Shown in pieces: positions 1 through 8,162 of a stretch of 28,334 bases of DNA. Source of the stretch: Clostridia bacterium (GTDB lineage: Bacteria; Bacillota; Clostridia; Oscillospirales; Acutalibacteraceae); NCBI GenBank assembly GCA_017559885.1, contig JAFYQN010000160.1:1-28334 (forward strand), given 5' to 3'. Numbering within the stretch: position 1 is the first letter of the stretch; each line of letters begins with the position of its first letter. The position numbers and the translations under genes were made by a program. The notes beneath the pieces were generated by a model that was not told the origin of the DNA, did not search any database, and saw only the letters and a list, made by a program, of their open reading frames with translations.

Positions 1-686
1 AGTTTTACAAACTCTTCTTCGCTACCTGCAATGGATAACGCAAGTCCTACCGTAGCATCAGCGCCCGACGGCAAAATTGCGCCGTAAAGCATATCGGTCA
101 TATTTACCGATTCGCCGTTTGAAAAACCGGCTACAGTTGCTTCGGCAAGATATAGTGGGTCGGTAATTTTAAAACTAAAAGTAAATGTTTCGTTATAATC
201 GGTTATATAATCAACCGCTGTAAGAATTGTCATTATTTTAGTAGTTGATGCGGGATAACAACGCACCGTAGCGTTGCGTGACGCTATAACCTCGTTGGTA
301 TCACAGTTTATAACAATAATGCAACCGCTTTCAATATCCGAAGCGATTGGGTCGGTATGCTCTGTAAACTTTGCAAAACGGTTTTCTACCTTAACTAAGT
401 CGTTTGTTGTGTTTTCGGTTTGGTGCGTTTGCGATTTTGACTCGTTATGAGCTTTTATTATTGGTGGTAAAACGATTATAAGCGTAATACAAATCACCAA
501 AAAAACCGACGTTAAACCCATGGCGACGTAAACCCATGGGCGCAACCTTATTGTTTTTTGTTTTCTTTTTTGCGGTAATTTAACCGATTCATGTTGTTCG
601 TTTACAGGTTTCGATTTATTTTCTATGCTTTTTTGAAGGGCGGAAAAATATTCGCCATAATCTTTATCATTAAATTGTTCGGACAT
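1..686 (-). CDS. D-alanyl-D-alanine carboxypeptidase (peptidase S11 family), membrane-anchored; 3' end runs off the window
   Basis: Not in the ORF track; manual translation from ATG at 686 (SD AAAGGGTGA upstream) gives MSEQFNDKDY..., a TM helix (VYVAMGLTSVFLVICITLIIVL), CYPASTTKIMT (SxxK at 237-248) and DMLYGAILPSGADAT, open to the window edge. Confidence 0.85.
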   Translation of the reverse strand, partial: MSEQFNDKDYGEYFSALQKSIENKSKPVNEQHESVKLPQKRKQKTIRLRPWVYVAMGLTSVFLVICITLIIVLPPIIKAHNESKSQTHQTENTTNDLVKVENRFAKFTEHTDPIASDIESGCIIVINCDTNEVIASRNATVRCYPASTTKIMTILTAVDYITDYNETFTFSFKITDPLYLAEATVAGFSNGESVNMTDMLYGAILPSGADATVGLALSIAGSEEEFVK

Positions 687-718
687 ATTTTTCACCCTTT
701 CTTAAAATCACATAACAA

Positions 719-742
719 CTTCCCCTTTATAAAAAGGGGAAG
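719..742 (-). terminator. Hairpin between the TPM gene and the carboxypeptidase gene, possible weak intrinsic terminator
   Basis: Perfect 10-bp stem CTTCCCCTTT/AAAGGGGAAG with ATAA loop, 7 nt after the TPM stop; the U-tract is weak (TTGTTAT). Confidence 0.55.
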
Positions 743-748
743 GGAGAT

Positions 749-1564
749 TTAAAATTTGCGACCTGCTCCGCCGCCGCCAAACGAGCCACCGCCGCCGCGG
801 AATCCACCGAAGCCACCCGATGAACCGCCACCGAAGCCGCCGTGATGGTGGAAGCCACCATAATGATTAAAACCGCCAAAGAAGCGTGGCGCGCCAAAAA
901 TAAATAATCCGCCTCTACGACCGAAAATAGTTATATATAGCGTTATCAATACTATAAGCACTATCCACGAAATCAAAATTTCAACAGCCGAAGTACTGTC
1001 ACTCGGCTGTTGGGGCAATTGGTCTATTGGGGTGTAGTTTTCAACCTCGACGTTGTACTCAACGTAAATTTCGTTTACTACTACGTCGTATATACTTGCA
1101 AGACCTGCCGAAAAATTATCGTTTTCAAAATACGATAAACCGTAGGTGTCTATGATTCTGCCTGTTTTACTGTCGGGCAAAGCCCCTTCAAGTCCGTAAC
1201 CCACGGCAATATATACCTCTCGGTCACCCTCTGAAAGTAATATAACGATACCGTTATTCTTTTCTTCGGTACCAACCTTCCACTCGCGACCAAGTTCTAA
1301 TGCATAGTCGGCAATTTCTTTGCCGTCAAGACTGTCAACCGTTACAACTACAACCTGCGCGGTTGTTTTTTCTTGTAATGCGACGCCTTTATTATAAATT
1401 GTTTCAACATCTTCCGCGGTCATAACATCCGCAAAGTCGTTTACAAAAAACTTTTCGGTAGGGGTTGGGTACTGTTCTTTTGTTTGCTTGCCGCAAGCCG
1501 CAAGCGACAATGCCATAACCACAACCAAAATTAATGCCGCTACCCTTAATATCTTATTTTTCAT
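749..1564 (-). CDS. TPM-domain (YgcG/Psb32/MOLO-1 family) lipoprotein with C-terminal TM helix and Gly-rich tail
   Basis: Motifs FVNDFADVM, QVVVVTVDSLDG, GIVILLS..DREVYIAVGYGLEGALPD; lipobox LAAC; tail GGGGSFGGGGAGRKF. ATG at 1564 preferred over the ORF-track TTG at 1573 because it lies 1 nt after the lemA stop. Confidence 0.88.
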   Translation of the reverse strand: MKNKILRVAALILVVVMALSLAACGKQTKEQYPTPTEKFFVNDFADVMTAEDVETIYNKGVALQEKTTAQVVVVTVDSLDGKEIADYALELGREWKVGTEEKNNGIVILLSEGDREVYIAVGYGLEGALPDSKTGRIIDTYGLSYFENDNFSAGLASIYDVVVNEIYVEYNVEVENYTPIDQLPQQPSDSTSAVEILISWIVLIVLITLYITIFGRRGGLFIFGAPRFFGGFNHYGGFHHHGGFGGGSSGGFGGFRGGGGSFGGGGAGRKF

Positions 1565-1565
1565 A

Positions 1566-2156
1566 TCAATCAAAACTTACCTGCGGAACCGAATTTGCCG
1601 ATTCATCCGCCTCAAAATACTCTACCTGCTCGAAACCAAAAATCTTTGCAAAAATATTGCCGGGGAATATACGAACCGACTTGTTATATTCGCTTGCCGC
1701 ATCGTTATAGTCCTTACGGGCTACCGCAATACGATTTTCGGTACCAGAAAGTTCGTCTTGCAAAGCAATATATTGCTGATCGGCTTTAAGTTCGGGATAC
1801 GCTTCGGTTACGGCGTTTACCCAAATATCAATCGCGCTGTCAAGTTGGGCGTTTGCCGCCGCTTGTTCTTCGGCATTTGATGCCGCAGCCACTTTTGAAC
1901 GCGCCTCAATTACTGCAGTGAGAGTTGATTGTTCGTAATCAGAATATCCCTTTACAGCTTCAACAAAATTAGGAATCAAGTTTGCTCTACGTTGGAGTTG
2001 ATTATCTATCTCCGAGTATGCCGCTTTTACGGTTTCTTCTTTTTCTACAAAACTTTTTTGATAAGAAATGCCTGATGCGACAACCGATACTCCGATTCCC
2101 ACAACAAGTAATGCAACTGCCGCCAATACGGCAATTATTATACCTTTCTTTTTCAT
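1566..2156 (-). CDS. lemA: LemA family protein
   Basis: N-terminal TM helix, QLQRRANLIPNFVEAVKGY, EAYPELKAD, ENRIAVARKDYN. Confidence 0.93.
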   Translation of the reverse strand: MKKKGIIIAVLAAVALLVVGIGVSVVASGISYQKSFVEKEETVKAAYSEIDNQLQRRANLIPNFVEAVKGYSDYEQSTLTAVIEARSKVAAASNAEEQAAANAQLDSAIDIWVNAVTEAYPELKADQQYIALQDELSGTENRIAVARKDYNDAASEYNKSVRIFPGNIFAKIFGFEQVEYFEADESANSVPQVSFD

Positions 2157-2158
2157 TT

Positions 2159-3328
2159 TTATAACTCCTTTACAAATTCGTCAATTCGTTTGAGCGCTTC
2201 TATGATATGCTCTGTACTGTAACAGTAAGATGCTCTTACAAAGCCCTCGCCGCCTTTACCAAACGCTGTGCCAGGTACTACTGCAACGTGTTTGCTCTCG
2301 AGCAATCGCTCGCAAAACTCTTCGCTTGTAAGACCTGTGCTTTTAATACACGGGAATGCGTAAAACGCGCCTTTTGGTTCGCGGCAGGTAAGCCCTGCTT
2401 TGTTAAATCCGTCAACAATAAGTCGGCGGCGGCGATTGTATTCTGCCTTCATATCGGCTACCGCTTCATCGCAATTTTTAAGCGCTTCTATTGCGGCATA
2501 CTGCGCCGTGGTAGGCGCGCACATTATTGCAAATTGGTGAATTTTGGTAATTTGCGATATAATTTCCTGCGGTCCGCAAGCAAACCCAAGTCGCCAACCC
2601 GTCATTGAAAAGGTTTTTGAAAAACCGTTTATAAGGATTGTGCGCTCGCGCATACCGTCAACAGCCGCTATAGAAACGTGTGGCGTTTCGGAAAAAGTGA
2701 GTTCGGAATAAATCTCGTCCGAAATAACCACAATGTTAGTATCGCGCAAAACTTTTGCCAACGCTTCAAGGTCGTCGCGTTCCATAATAGCGCCCGTTGG
2801 ATTACAGGGATATGGTAAAATGAGCGCCTTTGTTTTATCGCTTATTGCGTTTTTAAGTTGCTCGGGGGTTACCTTAAAATCGTTTTCGGCAAGCGTTTCG
2901 ATTATTACGGGTACTCCACCGCAGAGTTCGGTTATAGGTTCGTAGCACACGTACGATGGCTGAGGTATTATAACCTCGTCGCCCGGTGTGATAATTGCGC
3001 GAAGTGTTGCGTCAATCGCTTCGCTACCGCCCACCGATACAAGAACTTCGTGTAGCGGGTCGTAATTTATGTCGCATTTGCGATTTATATAGTCCGAAAT
3101 CTCGTGTCTTAACGCTTCAAGACCCGAATTAGAGGTATATTTAGTTTTTCCTTTTTCAAGCGAGATTATGCCTGCTTTTCGCACCGACCACGGTGTTTGA
3201 AAATCGGGCTCTCCAACGCCCAAAGAGATAACATCATCCATTGTTGCGGCTATGTCAAAAAACTTTCTTATACCCGACGGCTTAATGTTTTGCACGGTAT
3301 CAGACAGTATTTTTGAATAGTCTATCAT
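2159..3328 (-). CDS. PLP-dependent class I/II aminotransferase (AlaT/YugH-like)
   Basis: SLGVGEPDF, PCNPTG, SDEIY, NGFSKTFSMTGWRLG (PLP lysine); ATGA overlap with the upstream Lrp gene, as in the Bacillus yugG-yugH pair. Confidence 0.92.
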   Translation of the reverse strand: MIDYSKILSDTVQNIKPSGIRKFFDIAATMDDVISLGVGEPDFQTPWSVRKAGIISLEKGKTKYTSNSGLEALRHEISDYINRKCDINYDPLHEVLVSVGGSEAIDATLRAIITPGDEVIIPQPSYVCYEPITELCGGVPVIIETLAENDFKVTPEQLKNAISDKTKALILPYPCNPTGAIMERDDLEALAKVLRDTNIVVISDEIYSELTFSETPHVSIAAVDGMRERTILINGFSKTFSMTGWRLGFACGPQEIISQITKIHQFAIMCAPTTAQYAAIEALKNCDEAVADMKAEYNRRRRLIVDGFNKAGLTCREPKGAFYAFPCIKSTGLTSEEFCERLLESKHVAVVPGTAFGKGGEGFVRASYCYSTEHIIEALKRIDEFVKEL

Positions 3329-3807
3329 AATAGATACGTCCCCCTGTCATCGGGTTCTTTTTCAAAAAGTTTAACGTCCATTTCCTTATATCTGCGCATA
3401 ACAAAATGTGTTGCTGTCGAAGTAACCGAATCTATCGTTGCAAGTTCGCGCGCAACAAAACGAGCAATATCTTGCAAATTTTTGCCCTTTACAACAACGT
3501 TTAGGTCATAACCGCCCGACATAAGATATACCGATTCTACTTCCGGGTATGAAGACACTTTTTCGGCAACCTCTTCAAAGCCAAGGTCTGCTTTGGGTAC
3601 AACGTTAAGATTAATTATTGCTGAAACGCTTGTTGCGTCAAGTTTTTCCCAGTCGATAACGGTTTTGTATCCGCAAATAACACCGTTTTTTTCAAGTGAG
3701 TCAATTTCTGCCGCGACTGCCTCGGGGATTTGCGCTAACATTACCGCCAATTGTTCTATGGTGTAACGCGCATTGGTGCTAAGTAGTTTTAAAAGTTCGT
3801 TTCTCAT
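3325..3807 (-). CDS. Lrp/AsnC family transcriptional regulator (AlaR/YugG-like)
   Basis: N-terminal HTH (LLKLLSTNAR...LEKNGVICGY), RAM domain YLMSGGYDL, TATHFVMRRYK; SD GGAGG. Confidence 0.92.
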   Translation of the reverse strand: MRNELLKLLSTNARYTIEQLAVMLAQIPEAVAAEIDSLEKNGVICGYKTVIDWEKLDATSVSAIINLNVVPKADLGFEEVAEKVSSYPEVESVYLMSGGYDLNVVVKGKNLQDIARFVARELATIDSVTSTATHFVMRRYKEMDVKLFEKEPDDRGTYLL

Positions 3808-3848
3808 ATATAAAACCTCCCAAGGTAAAATAACTTTATATTTATATT

Positions 3849-3877
3849 ATTATAATAAAAATATATTCGTCAGTCAA
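3849..3877 (-). promoter_or_regulatory. Sigma-A-type promoter for the lrp-aminotransferase-lemA-TPM operon
   Basis: Minus strand TTGACT (3877-3872), 17 bp, TATAAT (3854-3849). Confidence 0.8.
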
Positions 3878-3892
3878 TAAAAAATAAGAATA

Positions 3893-3921
3893 TTGAAAAA
3901 TCCGTTATAATGTGTTAAAAT
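3893..3921 (+). promoter_or_regulatory. Sigma-A-type promoter for mnmE-mnmG-rsmG
   Basis: TTGAAA (3893-3898), 17 bp, TAAAAT (3916-3921), with extended -10 TG at 3913-3914. Confidence 0.75.
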
Positions 3922-3954
3922 ATTATGATTAAACTTTGGAAATGGGTGATTTTG

Positions 3955-5319
3955 ATGTCTGAACGCACCATAGCGGCTATTGCCACACCGCTTGGCGAAG
4001 GTGGTATAAGCGTTATACGAATTTCGGGTGAAGAGTCAATACGCGTTGCCGATAAATGCTTTGTTGCCTTTTCAGGAGAAAAACTTTTAGAACTTGAGGG
4101 TTATCAGGCATCATACGGTCGAGTTACCGACAAAGACGGACAAACGCTTGACGATGCGGTGGCGCTTGTTTTTCGCGCGCCTAAAAGTTATACGGGCGAA
4201 AACGTTGTAGAAATTTCGGTTCACGGCGGCACGGTAATTACCCGTCAGGTTTTGCGTCGTGTGTTAGAATGTGGCGCAACGCTTGCTACAGGCGGCGAAT
4301 TTACAAAACGCGCATTTTTAAACGGAAAATTAGACCTTACCAAAGCCGAAAGCGTTATGGGTCTTATTTCGGCGCGCAATGATGCGGCGGCAAAAATCTC
4401 TCGCGGCGCGCGCGAAGGTCGTATCAGTCGTGATACTGCCGATATACTTGATAAACTGCTTGAAACGGCGGCGTCACTTGCGGCATATGCCGATTACCCC
4501 GATGAAGATATACCTAATCTAAATCAAGAAAATTTCTCATCTCTTTTAGACGAGTGTTATACTAAATGCGAAAAACTTATATCCACCTACGATACGGGTC
4601 GCGCCATACGCGAGGGTGTAAACTGCGCGATAGTCGGCAAGCCAAACGTTGGCAAATCTACCCTTATGAATTTGCTTTGCGGCACCGACCGCTCAATTGT
4701 TACCGATATCGCAGGCACCACGCGTGACGTTGTTGAAACAAACGTAAACGTTGGCGATATTATGCTTAATCTTGCCGACACGGCAGGCATACACACAACC
4801 GATGATACGGTAGAAAAATTTGGCGTAGACAAAGCGAAAGAAAAAATTGAAAACGCAGAACTGCTTTTGGCGGTTTTTGATTCTTCTATACCACTTGACG
4901 ATGATGACAAACAGCTGCTTAGTAGCATTCGCGATAAAAAATGCATTATTATACTTAACAAAACCGACCTCTCGCCTGCTTTTGACAAAGACGATTTAGG
5001 CGATTTTGAAATTATCGAGATTTCGGCAAAAATGGGCGACGGATACCAAGAACTTTGTAGCGCTATTGCCCAAGTTTGCAAAACAAATATGCTCTCGCCC
5101 GATGACACGGTACTTATAAGCGAGCGCCAACGCGACTGTGTAAACCACGCTTTGCAGGCGGTTATTGCCGCTCGCGATACGTTGCTTTGCGGTATGACGC
5201 TCGATGCCGTTGGCGTTTGTGTTGACGACGCTATCGCGGCGCTATTAGAACTTACGGGCAAGCGAGTTACAAACGAAGTTTGCGACGAAATATTTAAAAG
5301 ATTTTGTGTAGGAAAATAA
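3955..5319 (+). CDS. mnmE: tRNA uridine-34 modification GTPase MnmE
   Basis: TIAAIATP, PKSYTGE, GEFTKRAFLNGK, G1 GKPNVGKS, G2 TTRD, G3 DTAG, G4 NKTD, C-terminal FCVGK; start moved to ATG 3955 (SD GGGTGA). Confidence 0.97.
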   Translation: MSERTIAAIATPLGEGGISVIRISGEESIRVADKCFVAFSGEKLLELEGYQASYGRVTDKDGQTLDDAVALVFRAPKSYTGENVVEISVHGGTVITRQVLRRVLECGATLATGGEFTKRAFLNGKLDLTKAESVMGLISARNDAAAKISRGAREGRISRDTADILDKLLETAASLAAYADYPDEDIPNLNQENFSSLLDECYTKCEKLISTYDTGRAIREGVNCAIVGKPNVGKSTLMNLLCGTDRSIVTDIAGTTRDVVETNVNVGDIMLNLADTAGIHTTDDTVEKFGVDKAKEKIENAELLLAVFDSSIPLDDDDKQLLSSIRDKKCIIILNKTDLSPAFDKDDLGDFEIIEISAKMGDGYQELCSAIAQVCKTNMLSPDDTVLISERQRDCVNHALQAVIAARDTLLCGMTLDAVGVCVDDAIAALLELTGKRVTNEVCDEIFKRFCVGK

Positions 5320-5322
5320 ATT

Positions 5323-5417
5323 AATGCACAATTCACAATGCATAATGCACAATAAATGTGTTTCGCCTTTCGAAACTAATATTTTTGTGCCGAATTATTC
5401 ATTATTCATCATTCATT
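5323..5417. repeat. Intergenic palindromic element with heptamer-repeat arms (REP-like)
   Basis: Left arm AATGCAC-AATTCAC-AATGCAT-AATGCAC; core hairpin GTTTCG-CCTTT-CGAAAC flanked by GCACAATAAAT/ATTTTTGTGC; right arm ATTATTC-ATTATTC-ATCATTC. Confidence 0.7.
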
Positions 5418-5436
5418 TTTATAAAAGAGGAATTTT

Positions 5437-7305
5437 ATGATTAAGGAATACATAGCAGAAAATTATGATATAGCCGTAATAGGCGGCGGTCACGCAGGTA
5501 TTGAGGCGGCTTTGGCTCCGGCAAGACTTGGATGCAAAACGGTTATGTTTACAATCAATCTTGACTGGGTTGGCAATATGCCCTGCAACCCGTCAATAGG
5601 CGGCACGGCAAAAGGTCACCTTGTGCGCGAACTTGACGCCTTGGGCGGTGAAATGGGTAAGGCGGCTGACGCTACAACTCTACAAAGTCGTATGCTTAAC
5701 CGAGGCAAAGGTCCTGCGGTTTATTCACTGCGCGCGCAGATTGACCGCCGTGAATACTGTACTTATATGAAACACGCTGTAGAGCGTCAAGAAAATCTTG
5801 ACGTAAAACAAGCCGAGATTGTTCATATCGAAAAACGTGACGACGGACTTTGGCACTGCATTACCCGTCTTGGTGCCGACTACGCTTGCAAGTGCGTTAT
5901 TCTTGCAACGGGTACCTTTTTGGGCGGCAGAATCTATATTGGCGAGGTTAATTACGAAAGCGGTCCCGACGGCAACTTCCCTGCTACTGAACTTTCAAAA
6001 TCGCTCGCAAAACTTAATATTCCTCTGCGCCGTTTTAAAACGGGCACTCCTGCGCGTGTTGACCGCGCAAGTATTGATTTTTCACAACTTGAAGTGCAAG
6101 ACGGCGACGAAACCACCACTCCGTTTAGTTTTTCAAGCACCCAAAAACCACAAAACAAAGTTGTTTGCCATATAGGTTACACTAACGACGACACCAAAAA
6201 GGTAATACTTGAAAACTTGCATCGTTCTCCTCTTTATGCAGGCGATATTGAGGGTGTTGGTCCTCGCTATTGCCCAAGCATAGAGGATAAAATCGTTCGT
6301 TTTGCCGACAAACAACGTCATCAAATGTTTGTTGAGCCCTGTGGCGAAAATACCGAAGAAATGTATCTTCAGGGTATGTCGTCTTCACTTCCCGAAGAGG
6401 TTCAACTTAAATTTTACCGCACTATAAAAGGACTTGAAAACGTAAAGGTTATGCGCGCGGCGTATGCTATTGAATATGATTGCATAGACCCGTTAGCGCT
6501 TTACGCTACGCTTGAGATAAAAGAGCACGAAGGTCTTTACGGCGCAGGTCAGTTTAACGGCTCATCGGGTTACGAGGAAGCCGCCGCGCAGGGTTTTGTA
6601 GCGGGTGTTAATGCCGCTCATAAAATTTTAGGTCGCAAACCGCTTGTACTTTCGCGTTCGTCATCATATATCGGCACGCTTATCGACGACCTTGTAACAA
6701 AGGGTTGTTCTGACCCATATCGTATGATGACTTCGCGTAGTGAGTATCGATTACTCCTTCGACAAGATAATGCCGATGAACGTTTAATGCCTACGGGATA
6801 CGCGTTAGGTCTTATAAGCGATAGCGAATATAACCGATTTTTAGAGCGCAAAGAACAAAAAGAGCAGGAAATTGAGCGAATTAACCGCACGTTTTTTGCC
6901 CCTCGCGATGACCTTAACGCCCTTTTGCAAGAAAAGGGCACCGTACCCATTACAACGGGCACGCGCCTTGCCGATTTAATCAAACGTCCGCAACTTGACT
7001 ATAAGTGTTTAGCGCCGTTTGATAAAGATAGACCCTCGCTTTCCGACGAGGTTTGCGAAAAGGTTGAAATTGCCGTTAAATACGAGGGTTATATCAGCCG
7101 TCAACAAGCGCAGGTTGACGAAATGCTTCGACTTGAAAACAAACCGATTCCACAAGATTTTGATTATTCGGCAATAAAGGGATTGCGACTTGAGGCGGTC
7201 GAAAAACTTAACAAAATTCGCCCTGAAAACATCGGTCAAGCGTCACGCATATCGGGCGTTAGTCCTGCCGACGTATCTGTACTACTTATATATCTTTCAA
7301 AATAA
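5437..7305 (+). CDS. mnmG: tRNA uridine-5-carboxymethylaminomethyl modification enzyme MnmG (GidA)
   Basis: GGGHAG FAD motif, MPCNPSIGG, GPRYCPSIEDK, AGQFNGSSGYEEAAAQG, PYRMMTSRSEYRL, SRISGVSPAD. Confidence 0.98.
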   Translation: MIKEYIAENYDIAVIGGGHAGIEAALAPARLGCKTVMFTINLDWVGNMPCNPSIGGTAKGHLVRELDALGGEMGKAADATTLQSRMLNRGKGPAVYSLRAQIDRREYCTYMKHAVERQENLDVKQAEIVHIEKRDDGLWHCITRLGADYACKCVILATGTFLGGRIYIGEVNYESGPDGNFPATELSKSLAKLNIPLRRFKTGTPARVDRASIDFSQLEVQDGDETTTPFSFSSTQKPQNKVVCHIGYTNDDTKKVILENLHRSPLYAGDIEGVGPRYCPSIEDKIVRFADKQRHQMFVEPCGENTEEMYLQGMSSSLPEEVQLKFYRTIKGLENVKVMRAAYAIEYDCIDPLALYATLEIKEHEGLYGAGQFNGSSGYEEAAAQGFVAGVNAAHKILGRKPLVLSRSSSYIGTLIDDLVTKGCSDPYRMMTSRSEYRLLLRQDNADERLMPTGYALGLISDSEYNRFLERKEQKEQEIERINRTFFAPRDDLNALLQEKGTVPITTGTRLADLIKRPQLDYKCLAPFDKDRPSLSDEVCEKVEIAVKYEGYISRQQAQVDEMLRLENKPIPQDFDYSAIKGLRLEAVEKLNKIRPENIGQASRISGVSPADVSVLLIYLSK

Positions 7306-7314
7306 GAGGTTTTT

Positions 7315-8031
7315 ATGATTGATTTTAATATTGAAAAAATCGCGCCCGTTTGCGAATCGTTTGGTTTAACGCTTGACAATAACGCAATCGCCCGACTTAA
7401 CACCTATGGCAATATGCTTGTAGAGTGGAACGAAAAAATGAACCTTACCGCCATAACCATTCCTGAAGAGGTGCTGTATAAACATTTTTTAGACTGTTTA
7501 CTCTTTTTTAAAAACGTTGACGTACCGCAAAACGCTAAGGTTATAGACGTTGGCACAGGCGCAGGTTTTCCGGGGTTAGTACTTAAAATTGCGCGCCCCG
7601 ATATAGAACTTACTTTAATGGACGGACTTAATAAACGTCTAACGTTTTTAAATGCTGTACTTACCGAATTAAATCTCACGGCAAAAACCGTTCACATGCG
7701 CGCCGAGGACGGCGGTAAAAATAAAGAGTATCGCGAAAAGTACGATATCGCTTGCGCGCGCGCCGTTGCAAATTTGCCCGTGCTTTGCGAATACTGTATA
7801 CCATTTGTAAAACTTGGAGGACAATTTGTCGCTATGAAGGGCTCTGCCGCAAGCGAAGAACTTGCCGTGGCAGGCAACGCTTATAAAATACTTGGTTGCG
7901 AAAAACCCACCATTATATGCGAAAATTTACGAGAAAATGAGGCGCGCGCCTTTATTATCTCAAAAAAGACGTCGCAAACTCCACCAAAATATCCACGTAT
8001 GGGTGGTAAAATAGCAAAAAGCGCCTTATAA
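7315..8031 (+). CDS. rsmG: 16S rRNA m7G527 methyltransferase RsmG (GidB)
   Basis: NLTAIT, HFLD, DVGTGAGFPG SAM motif, ARAVA, TPPKYPR; directly after mnmG. Confidence 0.96.
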   Translation: MIDFNIEKIAPVCESFGLTLDNNAIARLNTYGNMLVEWNEKMNLTAITIPEEVLYKHFLDCLLFFKNVDVPQNAKVIDVGTGAGFPGLVLKIARPDIELTLMDGLNKRLTFLNAVLTELNLTAKTVHMRAEDGGKNKEYREKYDIACARAVANLPVLCEYCIPFVKLGGQFVAMKGSAASEELAVAGNAYKILGCEKPTIICENLRENEARAFIISKKTSQTPPKYPRMGGKIAKSAL

Positions 8032-8047
8032 AAAGGCGCTTTTTTAT
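8016..8047 (+). terminator. Intrinsic terminator overlapping the rsmG stop codon
   Basis: Stem AGCGCCTT (8020-8027)/AAGGCGCT (8033-8040), A-run before and T-run after. Confidence 0.85.
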
Positions 8048-8079
8048 TTTTTGTGTCAAAATGCCGCGACCGTTTTTTC

Positions 8080-8108
8080 TTTACAAAACAAAAATTTTTA
8101 GATAAAAT
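8080..8108 (+). promoter_or_regulatory. Probable sigma-A-type promoter for the noc-like gene
   Basis: TTTACA (8080-8085), 17 bp, TAAAAT (8103-8108), downstream of the rsmG terminator. Confidence 0.6.
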
Positions 8109-8162
8109 TTGCTTGTAAGGAGGCGATGACCTATCCATACTTTTGCCGACAAAAAATTACTG

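Noticed and set aside
514-539. Direct repeat AAACCCATGG x2 (16-bp period)
   Set aside because: Only two short copies, inside a coding region; compatible with chance or local duplication
1488-2608. Several 60-133-aa plus-strand ORFs over lemA and the aminotransferase, and similar short ORFs throughout the track
   Set aside because: All overlap well-supported genes on the opposite strand or frame and lack an SD or motifs
4587-5336. 249-aa minus-strand ORF antisense to mnmE
   Set aside because: Ser/Ile-rich shadow composition, fully overlapping a conserved essential-type gene; no RBS
8032-8162. Possible oriC, parS or Spo0A sites near noc
   Set aside because: No perfect DnaA box or parS palindrome; TGTCAAA is only a partial match to the 0A box
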